The notes under the pieces are model-generated. The model was not told the DNA's origin and did not search any database. It worked only from the letters and a program-made list of their open reading frames with translations. A stretch of 63,883 bases of DNA, counting the filler, from Choristocarpus tenellus KU-1152 (taxonomy: Eukaryota > Protista > Phaeophyceae), in the NCBI GenBank assembly GCA_964200185.2. It is 11 parts of 11 records of this genome, joined end to end, with 100 filler letters (N's around TTAATTAATTAA, not from the genome) between each part and the next. Parts side by side here need not be neighbours in the genome. Positions count along the whole stretch, not along the records: positions 1 to 8,996 come from CAXNAD020004103.1; positions 9,097 to 11,638 come from CAXNAD020026907.1; 9 more parts are not named here. One strand, written 5' to 3'. The translations under genes and the position numbers were made by a program. How positions within the stretch are numbered: position 1 is the stretch's first letter; each line of letters opens with the position of its first letter. Shown in pieces: positions 1 through 11,638 of the stretch.

Positions 1-81
1 TAAGTGCTCTTTTCCTGGTCAGGACCCAAATGGACACCCTGGTGTAGACCCCCCACCCCCTCCCCCCGGATACTTTGAGCC
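1..81. mobile_element. MITE family B, right part (cut by window start)
   Basis: Internal AAGTGC..TTTCCTGGTCAGG...CCCTGGTGTAGACCCCC and terminus GATACTTTGAGCC match complete copies at 26484-26660 and 36931-37108. Confidence 0.85.
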
Positions 82-492
82 TTGGACACAAATCTACGCA
101 GAAGCTTAACTGATGTAAATAGTACGATATAGTTACAAAACAAAATCTTACCTCTAGTGAGAGGGCTTTCCCGAACCATTGTAAGAGGCACTAGCTACTG
201 TACCACTTCTCAAACTAGCTACCGCTGTAACTTGCTGTTGTGCACAATCCAACTACTTGTACTGCCTCCGTTCATGCCGTGCTTCTTCCACGCTGGACTC
301 CACAATCTCACCACTCATTGCTCTGCCTCCTCCCTCGAATCTTGCGCTGAACCCACCTCCAAGTTGCTTGGCAATGAAGCCTTGCCATATGTTTCATTCT
401 TGGTTTGGACTTTTAGTGGTATTACGATGGATAGGATTGCATATAGGTGGACGATCCATAATGGTTGCCAAGTGGACTTCAGATAATCAATA

Positions 493-672
493 CGCTCAAA
501 GTATCTGGAAGAAGGTGGGAGCTTTCCATTTGGGGCCCATTTTTCCTTGTCGCAATTTTACGGTCATTTGGTTGCATGCATCGGATGGATAATGTAAGTG
601 CACTTTTCCTGGTCAGGGTCCACATGGAAACCCTGATGTAGACCCCCCCCCACCTCCTAAATACTTTGAATT
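493..672. mobile_element. MITE family B (degenerate copy)
   Basis: CGCTCAAAGTATC...ATACTTTGAA termini and the family-B internal sequence; TSD not preserved. Confidence 0.8.
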
Positions 673-698
673 ACACCACATTTCAGGGACAAAAATTC

Positions 699-772
699 TG
701 GTGTCGATTGGGTTCGAACCTTCGGAATTCGTTCTGGGAACAGCCCCCTTGATCGCTTAGCCATGATGGCCC
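699..772 (-). pseudogene. tRNA-derived pseudogene / SINE head
   Basis: Minus strand reads GCCATCATGGCTAAGCGATCAAG...GGTTCGAACCCAATCGACACCA: A-box-like, B box and 3' CCA, but the acceptor stem does not pair. Confidence 0.55.
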
Positions 773-869
773 CCAATCTCAACATAGGATGTACCATCAT
801 ATTTCGAACAAGGCATCATCGGTCAGGTTGATGAGTGGGGATGGGGTGGCATCCTTCCCCGCTTGGCAC

Positions 870-1480
870 CTGTGTAGGTATGAGACCCTTTCGCCTTTGT
901 GGACTGGAGAAGGTGTTGACAGCTGCAACTATATTCATACTTACAAACCTCAGTAGGTGCACAATAATATTGCTAAGCTCATCTCTGCCGTAGGGTTCAA
1001 GTACCAAATTTGTCCGTCCAGTTCCTCTTTCTCTCTTCCCGTGCTGGCATTCACATCCATAAGAAGGATGAACGGGTTGTCGTCAGATGGAACATGGTCC
1101 TCAGTTTTATGCAGTATCATCCTTCTCCACTATTTTCTTCTCTTCTTTCCCATCCGTCTGTCTGTACAGACTTGGTTCAATTTAGCCTACAATGAATGTG
1201 GCTACATTGGACACACCTGTCAGCAGGATCCAAACCTTCATTTATCCGTTGCTGATGTACTCTATGTCAGGTTTTTCCTTCGAGTATTCCACTTCTACAG
1301 TGTTGGTCCAACACAGCATCTTCCTGTGCTATCTTCATCTCCACTGCAGTAGTCCACATACCCACTGCTTTTTATTTCGTGCCACCCACTTCGCCTAGTT
1401 TCCTGAAGTCCAGTGACATCACACCCAATAGGCGCGACTTGTCGAAGTAGGGAATTCAATGGCGCAAATTATTCCAGATG
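870..1480 (-). mobile_element. RTE-clade LINE remnant, apurinic endonuclease (APE) domain
   Basis: Frameshifted minus-strand translation gives GCDVTGLQETRRSG...GYVDYCSG, EYISNG*MKV...TFIVG, FILLMDVNASTG and YGRDELSN...AVNTF, which are canonical LINE APE motifs. Confidence 0.8.
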
Positions 1481-4400
1481 GCGACTTTGACCTCCTTCTG
1501 AATTCTGAAGTGGGCAGCAGCATGTTCCTCACAATTCTTCCTTTCTCTGGACAGCAATCGGGACATTTCCTTCCCTGCAAGCTTTCTCTTTCTTTCTCGC
1601 CCTCTTTGCACAGTCTAGTTCATACATGGGGTGGTAATGGGGTGGTGTGCCCAATTTGTCTCCAGCACCTGACATTTAGAAACAAGCATAACCAGGTGAC
1701 AGATGCAGTGGTGTGGCCAGGGAGGCTCAAGGCTGAGCTACAGAGATCAACCTGTATGCGATACAGATAATTGGGTTAGTATGGCCATCTAACCTCCAGC
1801 AGGTGACACTTAGAAAACGGTCTAAGTAGTCGTTGGGACGATGTTGGCGGTCGGACTCCATCGGCTGACGTTTGCCTTTGCTTCCAACCACACAGTAGAA
1901 AGATGTGGTCGACTGGACTCTGGCAGGTGAACTTTGAGAAAATCACTTTAACCAGGCAATAGACGGATTGGTGCCGCATGGTTGGCTCCAGCAGTTGACA
2001 TTTCGCTGTTATTTCAAATGGGCAATAGATTGGGTGGTATGGCCAACTGGGGGTTTAACTGAGATTCCTTGGGTTTGCCTCGAACCATATCCAGGTGATA
2101 GATGGGGCGATTTACGACTGTTTTGAGCTTCTTCAGGCCTTGCTTCAAAAGAGGATACGTCAATGAGGCAATAGATCGATGGGTGTGGTCAACAGCTGAC
2201 CTTCATTTGAAGTTTTGCAACCATGCGGTGGATACGTTGACTTGACCAAGTAGGTTCAAGTAGTTAACGTTAGGATACTTGAACCAATTGGTTGATGGGG
2301 TGCTGTTGCCTTCAGGATTCCACCATAGTAAGATTGCTGATGGAATCTGAATCTCCTCACCATGGGGAAGATATCAAAAATGTTGAATGACAACGCAGTG
2401 GACCCCATGCATCATGGTAGCTAAAAGTCGATCCTCCTTATCTTCACACCACAAAACTCACCAAAAATTCATACTCCAGATCATTTTTAACTAGCAGTGG
2501 CCTTTTGAACAGCGTTCTCCTTTTCTCCTGGGTTAGCAGAGATGATTCAACTTTACTCAATATATTTGTGCTTTGTTGCAAGGAAATCATGAGAGTCGAT
2601 TTTCAGGAGCCACAACAAAAGTACAGGTCATTTATGGTATCATCTTCATCTAGAGGTGTGCACTCAACAGAAATCAGGCAGAAATAAGGTATTTCACATG
2701 TCACCTGCAGGAGTACTATTCCAATGGATTCCAAACCAACCTCCAAATCCCCAAGCAACAAACATGGGTCACACTGCCACTGTATTTTGTCAGAATGACG
2801 CCAACACACTAATTCTTGATCCAACCCATGAAACTGCTGCTACTTCAAAGTGTGATCTAACTGGATGTTTTTAGACGCCATGCTCATCACTTCCAGTGAA
2901 AAAACAAAAACAACCTCCTCCCTGCATAGGTATACGCATTAAGAAAAAGGTTCCACTCACACTTGGATTCAAATGCTGGGTTTATCCGTGCTCTACCTAC
3001 ACACAACCTATCAAGTCAGTCGAACAACGTCAGAGCATAATGAAGTACCCTTGAGCTGTTTTTTGACAGCTTTATCAATTTCTGTAAACTTAGACCTATA
3101 ATATGTATCCCCAGCAAGGGCATCAGCAATTAATAGACATGTACGAGGGTGTATGCCAGGGTCCAGAACAGGATGTAGGTGAGTGCATACTTTCCTATCC
3201 CTGGGAGGTGGCATGTGACATCACAAAGGCGGAACAGGGTTTTTCAGGATTTTTAATGCTAGAATGACGACAAGGGTACTATTGCTAACAATAAAAACAA
3301 GAGTAAGATTGAGTGAGTAGGGGACATTGTAAGTTGAATGCAGTCCATTGACTTAATACATATAACTCAACTCCATTTGAGTAAAATGTTACTGTTCATG
3401 CAATGGCCCCTACCCCTTAATCTGGGTGTGATTCTTCCTCATGAATGAATGCTATTACAGTATAATTCAAAGTACATATAGTACAAAAGGATGGGACAAA
3501 GCATGATGACGGGTTGGTGGTTGGTTGCCACTCAATACTTCTTGCCATGTTTCATCTCCATACAGGTACGTCTGAATAGAAACCTTAATCTTCTGCATAT
3601 GTATGTATGAGTTGGCCACTTGTGTGTGCATGCCGGGGAACAAAAGGAGGGGGAAACAACCCAGAGGCCTTCAGGCCGTTATTTCAGCACTCTGATTGGT
3701 TTCCTTCGTAGAGAGTACGGGTGAGGACAATAAAGGGTGTTCCTCAGAGAAGAAGACACGCAAAGGTAGTGTGCTACATTTCTACTCTAGAGAACACCCC
3801 TGTCACATACCACACAAAGAGAAGGGGTAGCATGCAAACTGACACATAGAGCACACATCACTCAATAAACTGTATGGCAGAATAACAGACCTTTCACACT
3901 ACTCCTTTGCTGCATGTGGTTAGCACAATGGTTGGCAAACATTGGGAGAGGAAGGAGTACTAGTGCCATGTCACAAACTCAAGCCGGAGCCACAATTACC
4001 ATACCCTGAATCCTGTTTTATCGTGGCAAGGGCTAAGTAGGAACAATAGCGGCATTTCCCATGCATTAAGGCCTGGACAGATGACCGGCCCTATTAAGAG
4101 TAAGAGCTCTTGTCAAGCTAACACATTCTGCAGTCCAGTGTGATAAAACTTCAGCAACGATTTGTTGGTGGTTAGAGATAAGATGAACTCCCTTACTGTG
4201 CCTAACCCCTCTGCACACACACGACCTTCAAATGTTCTGGGGGTATAAATACATACCTCCGATGAGAAACATGGGTACACCCCCCTTGACCGCAGCGTAT
4301 TGAGAGACCCTCCAGTTCATCTTCAGTATCAACCCCAGCGAAACTGTCAGGTGGGATTAGGGAGGCGTCATAGGTGAATTTGGGTGATGCCGTGGCTCTT

Positions 4401-7253
4401 AACCAAAAATATCCTTCTATTTGACAACGTTTTTTGGAGCAAGTCCCGTAAGTCAGGTCCCTTTACAGCAAGAAAAAAATAACTGCAATTGGATCGCTTG
4501 GGATCGCCACATCAAGTAAGGTGGGAAAGATTCCTAGCACCACAGCCCCATCAATTGCTCCTTCTTCCTAACACAAATCCGCCGAAGTCACCACATTCCA
4601 CTTTCTCCAATTCCCCTCCAAATCCCACTACCTTTACCTACTTGGATTTCTCCCACTTACCAACAAAGTAAATTGCAATGTATGCCACCAACCCCTGCAG
4701 TCCAGTGAACCCAAGAATCCCTGGATAAAAGGAAGGCGTATAGGTTGATGAGGGGGTGTGTTTAGTGGAATTTACAAACCAAGTCACCTGAAAATGAATA
4801 TGCTGAAGAAGCAAGAACTTGAAATGGGGCAATTGATTATGGGCAGGGGGGTAGAGAATCATGCCTTTTCACTCAAGAATGTACTGAAGAAGAGAGAACA
4901 GTACTGTACCTTAACACCACCTCTAGGATGCACACACTTTACACGCTCCCTCTCCCTTCCTTTCATACCCAGTCACATTTTAAAGGTAAAGTTAGACTGC
5001 ACCTTAACTACATTCACAGATAAACACATATCGAAAAATAAGAGCTGTGTATACAGCCTTCTTCCTACTGCATGTCAGATTCCACATATCCTCTGTTGAA
5101 TCTATTCCCACTCCATACATCTAACTACAGATGCATAGACGGGAGAGCATGATGGGGGAATAACAGTAAAGAGAGTATGCTCAATGCTTTGAAGTGGTGT
5201 CATGGGATGATCGCTTTCTCCTGTCTCTACATGTACAGGGCTATTCATCAAAACTTGTTCAACAGGCAACTCTGTTTCTCCATTTTCATCGCAAAGTTTA
5301 GAAAAACGTGAAAACCAATCTACACCAGTACATACAGTAAGACATCGCATTGTGGGTCATTAGAAAGGTCCTCCAGAAGGAACAACAAGGACCATCGCAC
5401 AGGTGTTGGATGCAAGTAAATTGAACTATACTCAAATGCATTGCATTGCTAGGAAAACAAAAGGTAGATGCTGGAATGTATCCCAGCCGTGGCTTTTTTT
5501 TTCTCACCTGAGACGATACCTCCTATTGCGCACAGGGAGGTTCGAGAGTATTCAATTATCTTATTGTTGTGGACCACATTCTCCATGGAGTAGAATTGCC
5601 TGTCCATTTGGGATTTTAGTCAGGTGCTGTCTTTGAGGAGTAGGTTAGAATAAACATCAGGTATTGGGAAGCCAGAGGTACAAAGTCTTGTTTTGATTGG
5701 AAACGGCAACACAGGGGCAACAAACTGTGCTCTACATCAGTTCCCAAGTAATGATTGAATAATAGTGTTTGATGCAGCAATGAGGAGGTGGATACACGTT
5801 CATCAATTTGTATGCTAATACTCCGAAGGGAGTGTTTCATGCGATGTTTAGGAGGAACGACAATTTCTGAGTGTTGTCCATCTCTTTTGCCACACCACAT
5901 TGCTACTAGCGATTAAACACCACGCAAAACAGGTGCTTGCCCAAGCCAATCTCTGAAGTGACTTTGAAACATGGAACAAGGGCCCAACTCATCAGCAAGA
6001 TGCACTAGATTCCATTCAGCTCATGCCTCTCATCAATGTCCATGGATGGGTCCCCCCCCCCCCATCCCCCCGCCCATCATTGGGTCCATCGAGGGATCCG
6101 CCATCCACGATGAAAGTGTATTACTAGCTGTCCCCTCGAGTACGATAACTCCTATCCCAGGACAAGCTCGTATCCCAAGACCAACTTCGATGGTCACAGG
6201 GCGTCTGAATAATCACTCGAGTCCTCCTAGATCCTTAGGAAGATGTCTGATAACCCTCTACCGATCTCTCTCTAATTACAACATGGAGAAGGTTTGGTAT
6301 AGATGTTCAATGGATGTTCGTTTTGTCCATAAGTGAATGTTTCTTTCCAACACACACTTACAAAAACTTCTTGTCTCAACACAAAGCGCCGCGGTTATGC
6401 GGTTCCTTAGCAGCTTCCCAACCCTCGTATTCTCGGCCAGACCGTTCCATAGTGTCGTGGATCGAACGCTATACTTTGGAGGGCACAGATCACCCAATAC
6501 CTCACCGGGAAGGTGGGACCCTCAAGTTGAACCAAACATGGTTGTACTTCTACAGCGTTTCCAGTTGCTGAACAGGGCGCCAGGGCGACTATAATCGGTG
6601 CCATCCCAAATCTTTCTGTGGAAGAATAGACATTCCGAGTGAAGTGCGTTGTTTTGGGGTGTCAACGATGCATTGCAGGCTATGATGTCCAGTCTCTATG
6701 TGGAGCCAGGGGCAATCTTGGATGGTCGGTTTCTATTGCTGTCCAACGAAGAGAAAACAGCTTAGTGAAGTGCTTTATGGTCGTCACGCCTCAACTGTGT
6801 TGGACTCAGCGATTTCTGTTTTGTGCAAGGGCGAGCATATCATAGACCGAAAAATTCCCATCTCGTGATCATGATCCTTGATGATATGGAAGAGATCGAT
6901 CTCAACCAATAGTCACGCCGAAGTAATGAGAGCTTCTCATGAGAGTGAGGATACCTACCTCTCACAAATTGATCCTCGTTAAACTCTGAAATGATAATTG
7001 AATACTACTCTTGCTACACAAGTAGGAATGTGGTAAGACAAAATGTTGTCTCTCTGTCCCTCAACTACCAGCCATCCCGTGCATGTTCACCGCAAAGTTA
7101 CACGATAGCACATTCTATGGTGGGCTTTCACCTTTCTCACTTAGATTTTCTCTCGTTGGCTCAAGACAACCTTTGTACCCTCTCCTACATGTGCAAACAT
7201 GCAGAAACATGCCAGAGAGATTCCGTGGCATACCTGTGGCGGGGCTGTCACAG

Positions 7254-7331
7254 GCCAGCAGTGATAGTAACAGTGAGGGAGAGCTTAACGCACCCTCAAA
7301 GAGGACAACCATGTCAATGGGGGCGGACACG
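7254..7331 (+). CDS. Putative exon of an unidentified gene
   Basis: cag acceptor and gtaagt donor; ASSDSNSEGELNAPSKRTTMSMGADT; phase 0 matches exon 8117-8221. The 5' boundary is uncertain (alternative acceptor at 7205). Confidence 0.35.
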
Positions 7332-8116
7332 GTAAGTTAATGAAGGATCGTGGAAGACTCTAAGACGACAATGGGTTGGACATCAAAGAGACACCGAAGT
7401 CAAAGGGGTATGTATACGTGTATGTCAGTGACAGGGAGGGAGTGGAATGTATTTTGTTAATATGAGTGATCAGGAGAACAGGCACTAAGATCTAATGCAT
7501 TGCAATAAAAGATCTCATACATTTGCTAAGCACTATCAGAACACCCTATAGCATGTAGATGCTCCGAGGTACCACTCTCAGTCAGTGCAGAGCTTATGGC
7601 ACTATGATGCTGACAATGCCTATCTCCAGTTGCACAGTTAGCACAACTAAGATATGTGCAAGTTTCAGCTCTCCTTCGGGTTACATTTGATAAATGTTTT
7701 CCTCTTTCAAAAATGTAATTTTCCTTCGTTTCATCCCTGTACCTTCTTCCAGGGCAATGTTAACATTGACAGGGATTAGATCAGAGCTTTGCTTCACAGT
7801 AAGCTATCAATACTAGTGCCATGGTGCTTTACAGTCAGAGGAGTGGATCATTCATGTGTGAGCTTGATATGTTAAGATATCGTACCTTCTGGACTGATGA
7901 TCTCTGCATGGTCAAAGATAGACATCTTTAGATACATGCTTCTACCATCAATATCTTTTATGGTCAAAGAAGGACAGGTTTGGGTATGCCTTTTTATTGC
8001 AATTTGTTAAGAATAGTATTAATGTTCAGTTCAAGAACAGATGCAGTGGACTGGACATCCTCACTTATTAATGTACGTGCATCCCTTTCGTCTTTTGTGC
8101 ACACTTGTTTCCCCAG

Positions 8117-8221
8117 GCACCACCTGTTAGTGTAGCGCAGGCAATCTTTGAGGAGCTAAGGTCGATCGCAGACACCAAGGCAGAGGCAAAGAGGGGAACC
8201 TCCAGCCCAGTGCTGGCCAAG
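8117..8221 (+). CDS. Putative exon of an unidentified gene
   Basis: tttccccag acceptor, gtgagt donor, 105 nt open frame APPVSVAQAIFEELRSIADTKAEAKRGTSSPVLAK. Confidence 0.45.
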
Positions 8222-8996
8222 GTGAGTGCTGTGCTATTGAGGGCGGTCCAAAGTCGATGTCAAAAATCTTATTAAACAGTAATATTCAGTCCTTGTGGGG
8301 TTACAGGGAGGTCTTTGTTGTAAAAGCAGATCTGTCCTGCTCGTTGTTTGTCCCTCTCCTGAAAACATATCCAAAACGTTTTTATTTCAAGTCCGCTATG
8401 GATCATTAATTGTGGAGGCAGAGTCCGCTCTTGCGAGTTCCACAGCCTCATGTGGCGGAACGACACATGCTTACCAGAATTGAGCCAATCGAGCTAACAT
8501 CCTCAAGTCTCTAGCCTTTGTTGTCGGTGACGAGAGAGTGTTAATATTGCAGCTGATACTCTTTGAGTGCTGTGATAGTTGCACTTCTTGAGGGCCTACA
8601 TAGTATTGTTTGCGGCCCTCTACAATGGACATGGGGAACTGCAGGCTATGATGCAATTTCGTTAGGATATTCCTACTTGCTTAGAGTACGTCCTGGTCTT
8701 TGTTGTCGTGATGCTCAAACCCAAAATGGCTCTATCCATTTTTTTTTGTTTGCTGGAGGCTGCTGTCCGCGCTGTGTTTAGGAAATGTTTTTGAGGGGTG
8801 TGTGTATTCGATGGCATGTGCTGTATGTTTTGAAGAGTACTACAGTAGTTTAGAAAGAGTAAATTACCTTTTTTTTGTCACATAAAAATAAAAAAGATGC
8901 CTTCCTGCTGTCATGAAATCTCCAGAGTTTGAAAGTCTCAGTTTTTTTCCTTGATTTAATCGCTCATCTTCCATGCAGGCATCTCTCCCCCCCCCC

Positions 8997-9096
8997 NNNN
9001 NNNNNNNNNNNNNNNNNNNNNNNNNNNNNNNNNNNNNNNNTTAATTAATTAANNNNNNNNNNNNNNNNNNNNNNNNNNNNNNNNNNNNNNNNNNNN
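8997..9096. other. Artificial contig linker N44-TTAATTAATTAA-N44
   Basis: Identical 100-bp linker with six-frame stops. Also at 11639-11738, 14757-14856, 20281-20380, 23276-23375, 29516-29615, 41004-41103, 53146-53245, 57458-57557 and 60857-60956. Confidence 0.98.
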
Positions 9097-9162
9097 CATG
9101 GGAAGCCAAGCCCCAAATGGACAAACAGGGCAAAACTCGTACCCTCTAAGATACGTTTACTC
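9097..9162. mobile_element. MITE family A, right end (contig edge)
   Basis: GGGAAGCCAAGCCCCAAATGGACAAACAGGGCAAAACTCGTACCCTCTAAGATAC..ACTC matches complete family-A copies. Confidence 0.9.
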
Positions 9163-9268
9163 TCTGAATAGGAGGACACAGGGAAATCTTCACAACAGCT
9201 GTAACCCAACAAAGAGGAGGAGTAGAGCGCCACCATCCCACCAACGTTGACAACTCCCTCATCTTTTT

Positions 9269-9405
9269 TTACATTTTGTGGATCTCTGCTAGTGACACTT
9301 CTTTCTTCTTCGTCTGGCGCTTGATAGCTTCTTTGAGATCGTGCTGAAAATATACCTTATCGTACAGCGTGCGCTCAACCACACTCTTGGTCGCGTTGCT
9401 GAATG
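9269..9405 (-). CDS. ParB/Srx-like protein, exon 2
   Basis: tatag acceptor at 9406 is phase-1 compatible with exon 1, giving ...LIAN-T-FSNATKSVVERTLYDKVYFQHDLKEAIKRQTKKKEVSLAEIHK. It ends at TAA or at a weak GT donor at 9272. Confidence 0.55.
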
Positions 9406-9718
9406 CTATAAGCGTGGCGATGCAGTGGGCGAGCGGGGCAAGGGGTAGGTGGGAAGCGGTCGCGGGACACACGCAGCAGGCAGTAGGGAGCAACATGTTG
9501 CTGCTGACAGAAAGATCACGAGGGATAAAAAAGATCAACGAAAAGATCAACAACGGGCTGACTGACGATGAACCAAACAAAGGAAACATGGCAACAACTT
9601 AGTAGATCAGAAGAGTCATCAGGCGATCATGGAACAACGACAAGACTCAACTTACTTAGTTGCTTAGTTGATCAGAAGAGTCAGACGATCATGGAACAGA
9701 CAACACTCCACCACTCAC

Positions 9719-10157
9719 TGTTGGCAATTAGCCTCTCTTCTGCTTGGTTGAACTCCTTGTAGACCCGCATCATGAAAGCGCGTTCGTGATCAAACTCTCT
9801 CTTCAACACCGTTATTCTATGGTTTCCGTCCAGTGTGCATCCTTGAACGGCAAGCGCAGTGTTGGCGGTGAGCTGGTCCCCGTTGCCTAAGCAGTCTCGT
9901 TGGATGACGATGAACGGAGCAAAATGCTCGAGCCAGACTTTTTCACGGATAGACTTGCTGACGCGCGCAAGGCCACACTCGGTCAGCGGCCGCACCATCT
10001 CCGTGCACGTGATATTGCCGAGTTTCATCTTGTACATGCCGAGGTAGTGCTGTTCGAGGAGCGAGGACATGCCCTTGGCATTGCTGTCCGACGCTCTCGA
10101 TCCGTGGGTAGCACCATTGGTGCGCGGGGGGGTTGTTGTTGAGCTGATGTTGGACAT
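9719..10157 (-). CDS. ParB/Sulfiredoxin-fold domain protein, exon 1
   Basis: ATG at 10157, gtgagt donor at 9718. Motifs VRPLT...RVSKSIRE, PFIV, LDGNHRITVL and EERLIAN occur in the order and spacing of the ParB N-terminal (ParBc) domain. Confidence 0.75.
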
Positions 10158-10264
10158 GGCGAGGATTGGGAAGGTGTGACGGGGATAGATAAGAAAGAGC
10201 TGCTGGTGGTATGTGCGAAAAGGAAGGAATGGAAATGAGGAGTGAGGGCTGGGAGGTGCTGCTT

Positions 10265-11075
10265 TATTTCATCTGGTCCGTCGGTCCCCCAAAAACTCAG
10301 ATTTCGCTTTCCGTTAATAAATGTGTTCCAAAAAAATGTGAATATCGAACAGTATACGATTTCATATTAAAAGAAATAGAGAGTATCAGTTTTTTGTGAA
10401 CTTTTCGTTTCGAAACATTTGAAACGTATTAGATCGATTAAGTATGTGGTTTATATTTTTATTTGTTGATATTAAGAATAGAATCTAATTTTAATTTCTA
10501 AAAACCAGAATGCACGTATTTTCCAGAGTTTGGATTTCAGGCTGGTCCGACGGATCACTTGAAACTCAAAGTCCTCTTTCCGTTGATAATAGTATTTTAA
10601 AAAACATGAATATCGAACAATATCCGATTTCATATTTAAAACAATTAGAGAGTATCAGTTTTTTGTAACCTTTTCGTTTCGGAACATTTGAAACGTACTT
10701 GATCAATTAAGTATGTGCTTTATATTTTTATTTATTGAAATTACGAATAGAATCTAATTTTTAATTCCTAAAAACCAGAATACACGTATTTTCCAGTTTG
10801 GATTTCAGGCTGGTCCGACGGATCACTCGAAACTCAAACATTGTTCGTACGCCCGACTTTGAATTCAATTCAATCGTGCCCAAGACCGCCTGTTGCCTGA
10901 AACCAGATTAGAATATACTTTTAATTTCATCACAGCGAGAATAAACGCATTTTCCAGAACACGGATTTCATTTTGGTCCGACGGGTCTCTTCAAACTCCA
11001 ACATCGTACACCCGGTTTCGAATTCAATTCACTCCTAGACCTTCTCACTGCCCAAGACTGCTTGTTGCCTGAAAA
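10265..11075. repeat. Intergenic tandem array: two ~268-bp units plus two shorter derived units
   Basis: ATTTCANNNTGGTCCG(A/T)CGG...AAACTC with TGGTCCG starting at 10274, 10543, 10811 and 10974. Units 1 and 2 align over their whole length; units 3 and 4 share GAATTCAATTCA...TGCCCAAGAC..TGTTGCCTGAAA. Confidence 0.92.
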
Positions 11076-11079
11076 CACC

Positions 11080-11568
11080 ATGGCAGCTGCTCCCACAGCA
11101 AGGGGGTGGCTTTTGTCACCTGCGCCGCCCCCTGTTGCCCCCTCGTCAGCCCGCCAACAATGATGCGCTGGAGCTTTCTACCAATGACCTTTCTACCAAT
11201 GACGCTTCAGCGACCGGCGCCAAGCTTGACCTAGAATGGGCTGAACCCATCCTGGTAAACGAACAGGGTGACTGCTGCAAGCGCTTAGCCTGTGCGAAGA
11301 AGTTCGCGGCAGATAGCGAGTCCTTCCTTGCCCGCACGTTGGCCAAAGAGCAGGACATCATCCGGGCGTGTGAGAACCGCCACGATCGCAAGCGCTTCGT
11401 TGTTGACCGTGTACCTGTCATTAAGTTGGGGCCTGGAGGTGGATCTATGCTCGCGGCCAGCGTTCCCGTTTGTACACAGTTTTTCAAGGCATTGTTCAGA
11501 ATATCCAATCATGTCATCAACGCTTGCAAAGGTACATCTAACGCAAGAGCATCCTCCAGCTTGGAGAG
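11080..11568 (+). CDS. Sola-like DNA transposase N-terminal exon (possibly frameshifted near its start)
   Basis: CCKRLAC cysteine cluster and VCTQFFKALFRIS motif resemble the Sola transposase N-terminal region; gtgggt donor at 11569. The ATG at 11080 is out of frame with the main ORF (11135). The catalytic domain is not in the window. Confidence 0.55.
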
Positions 11569-11598
11569 GTGGGTTAGGTGTATGTACACAGTGTTATT

Positions 11599-11638
11599 GG
11601 GTCAAAGTATCTGAGGGGGGGGGGTGGTTTGTGAGGGG
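11599..11638. mobile_element. TIR end of a GGGTCAAAGTATC element (family C), in the transposase intron
   Basis: Reverse complement closely matches 29616-29653. Confidence 0.75.

Noticed and set aside
2450-6950. Protein-coding genes from the many short ORFs
   Set aside because: Stop-riddled with no recognisable motifs; probably old TE debris, family not assignable by eye.
9681-10157. Bacterial or plasmid contamination explaining the ParB-like ORF
   Set aside because: It has a phase-compatible spliceosomal intron, and host MITE families occur at both ends of the same contig.
10265-11075. CRISPR array
   Set aside because: The intervening sequences are long and homologous to each other (tandem duplication), not unique spacers; no cas genes.
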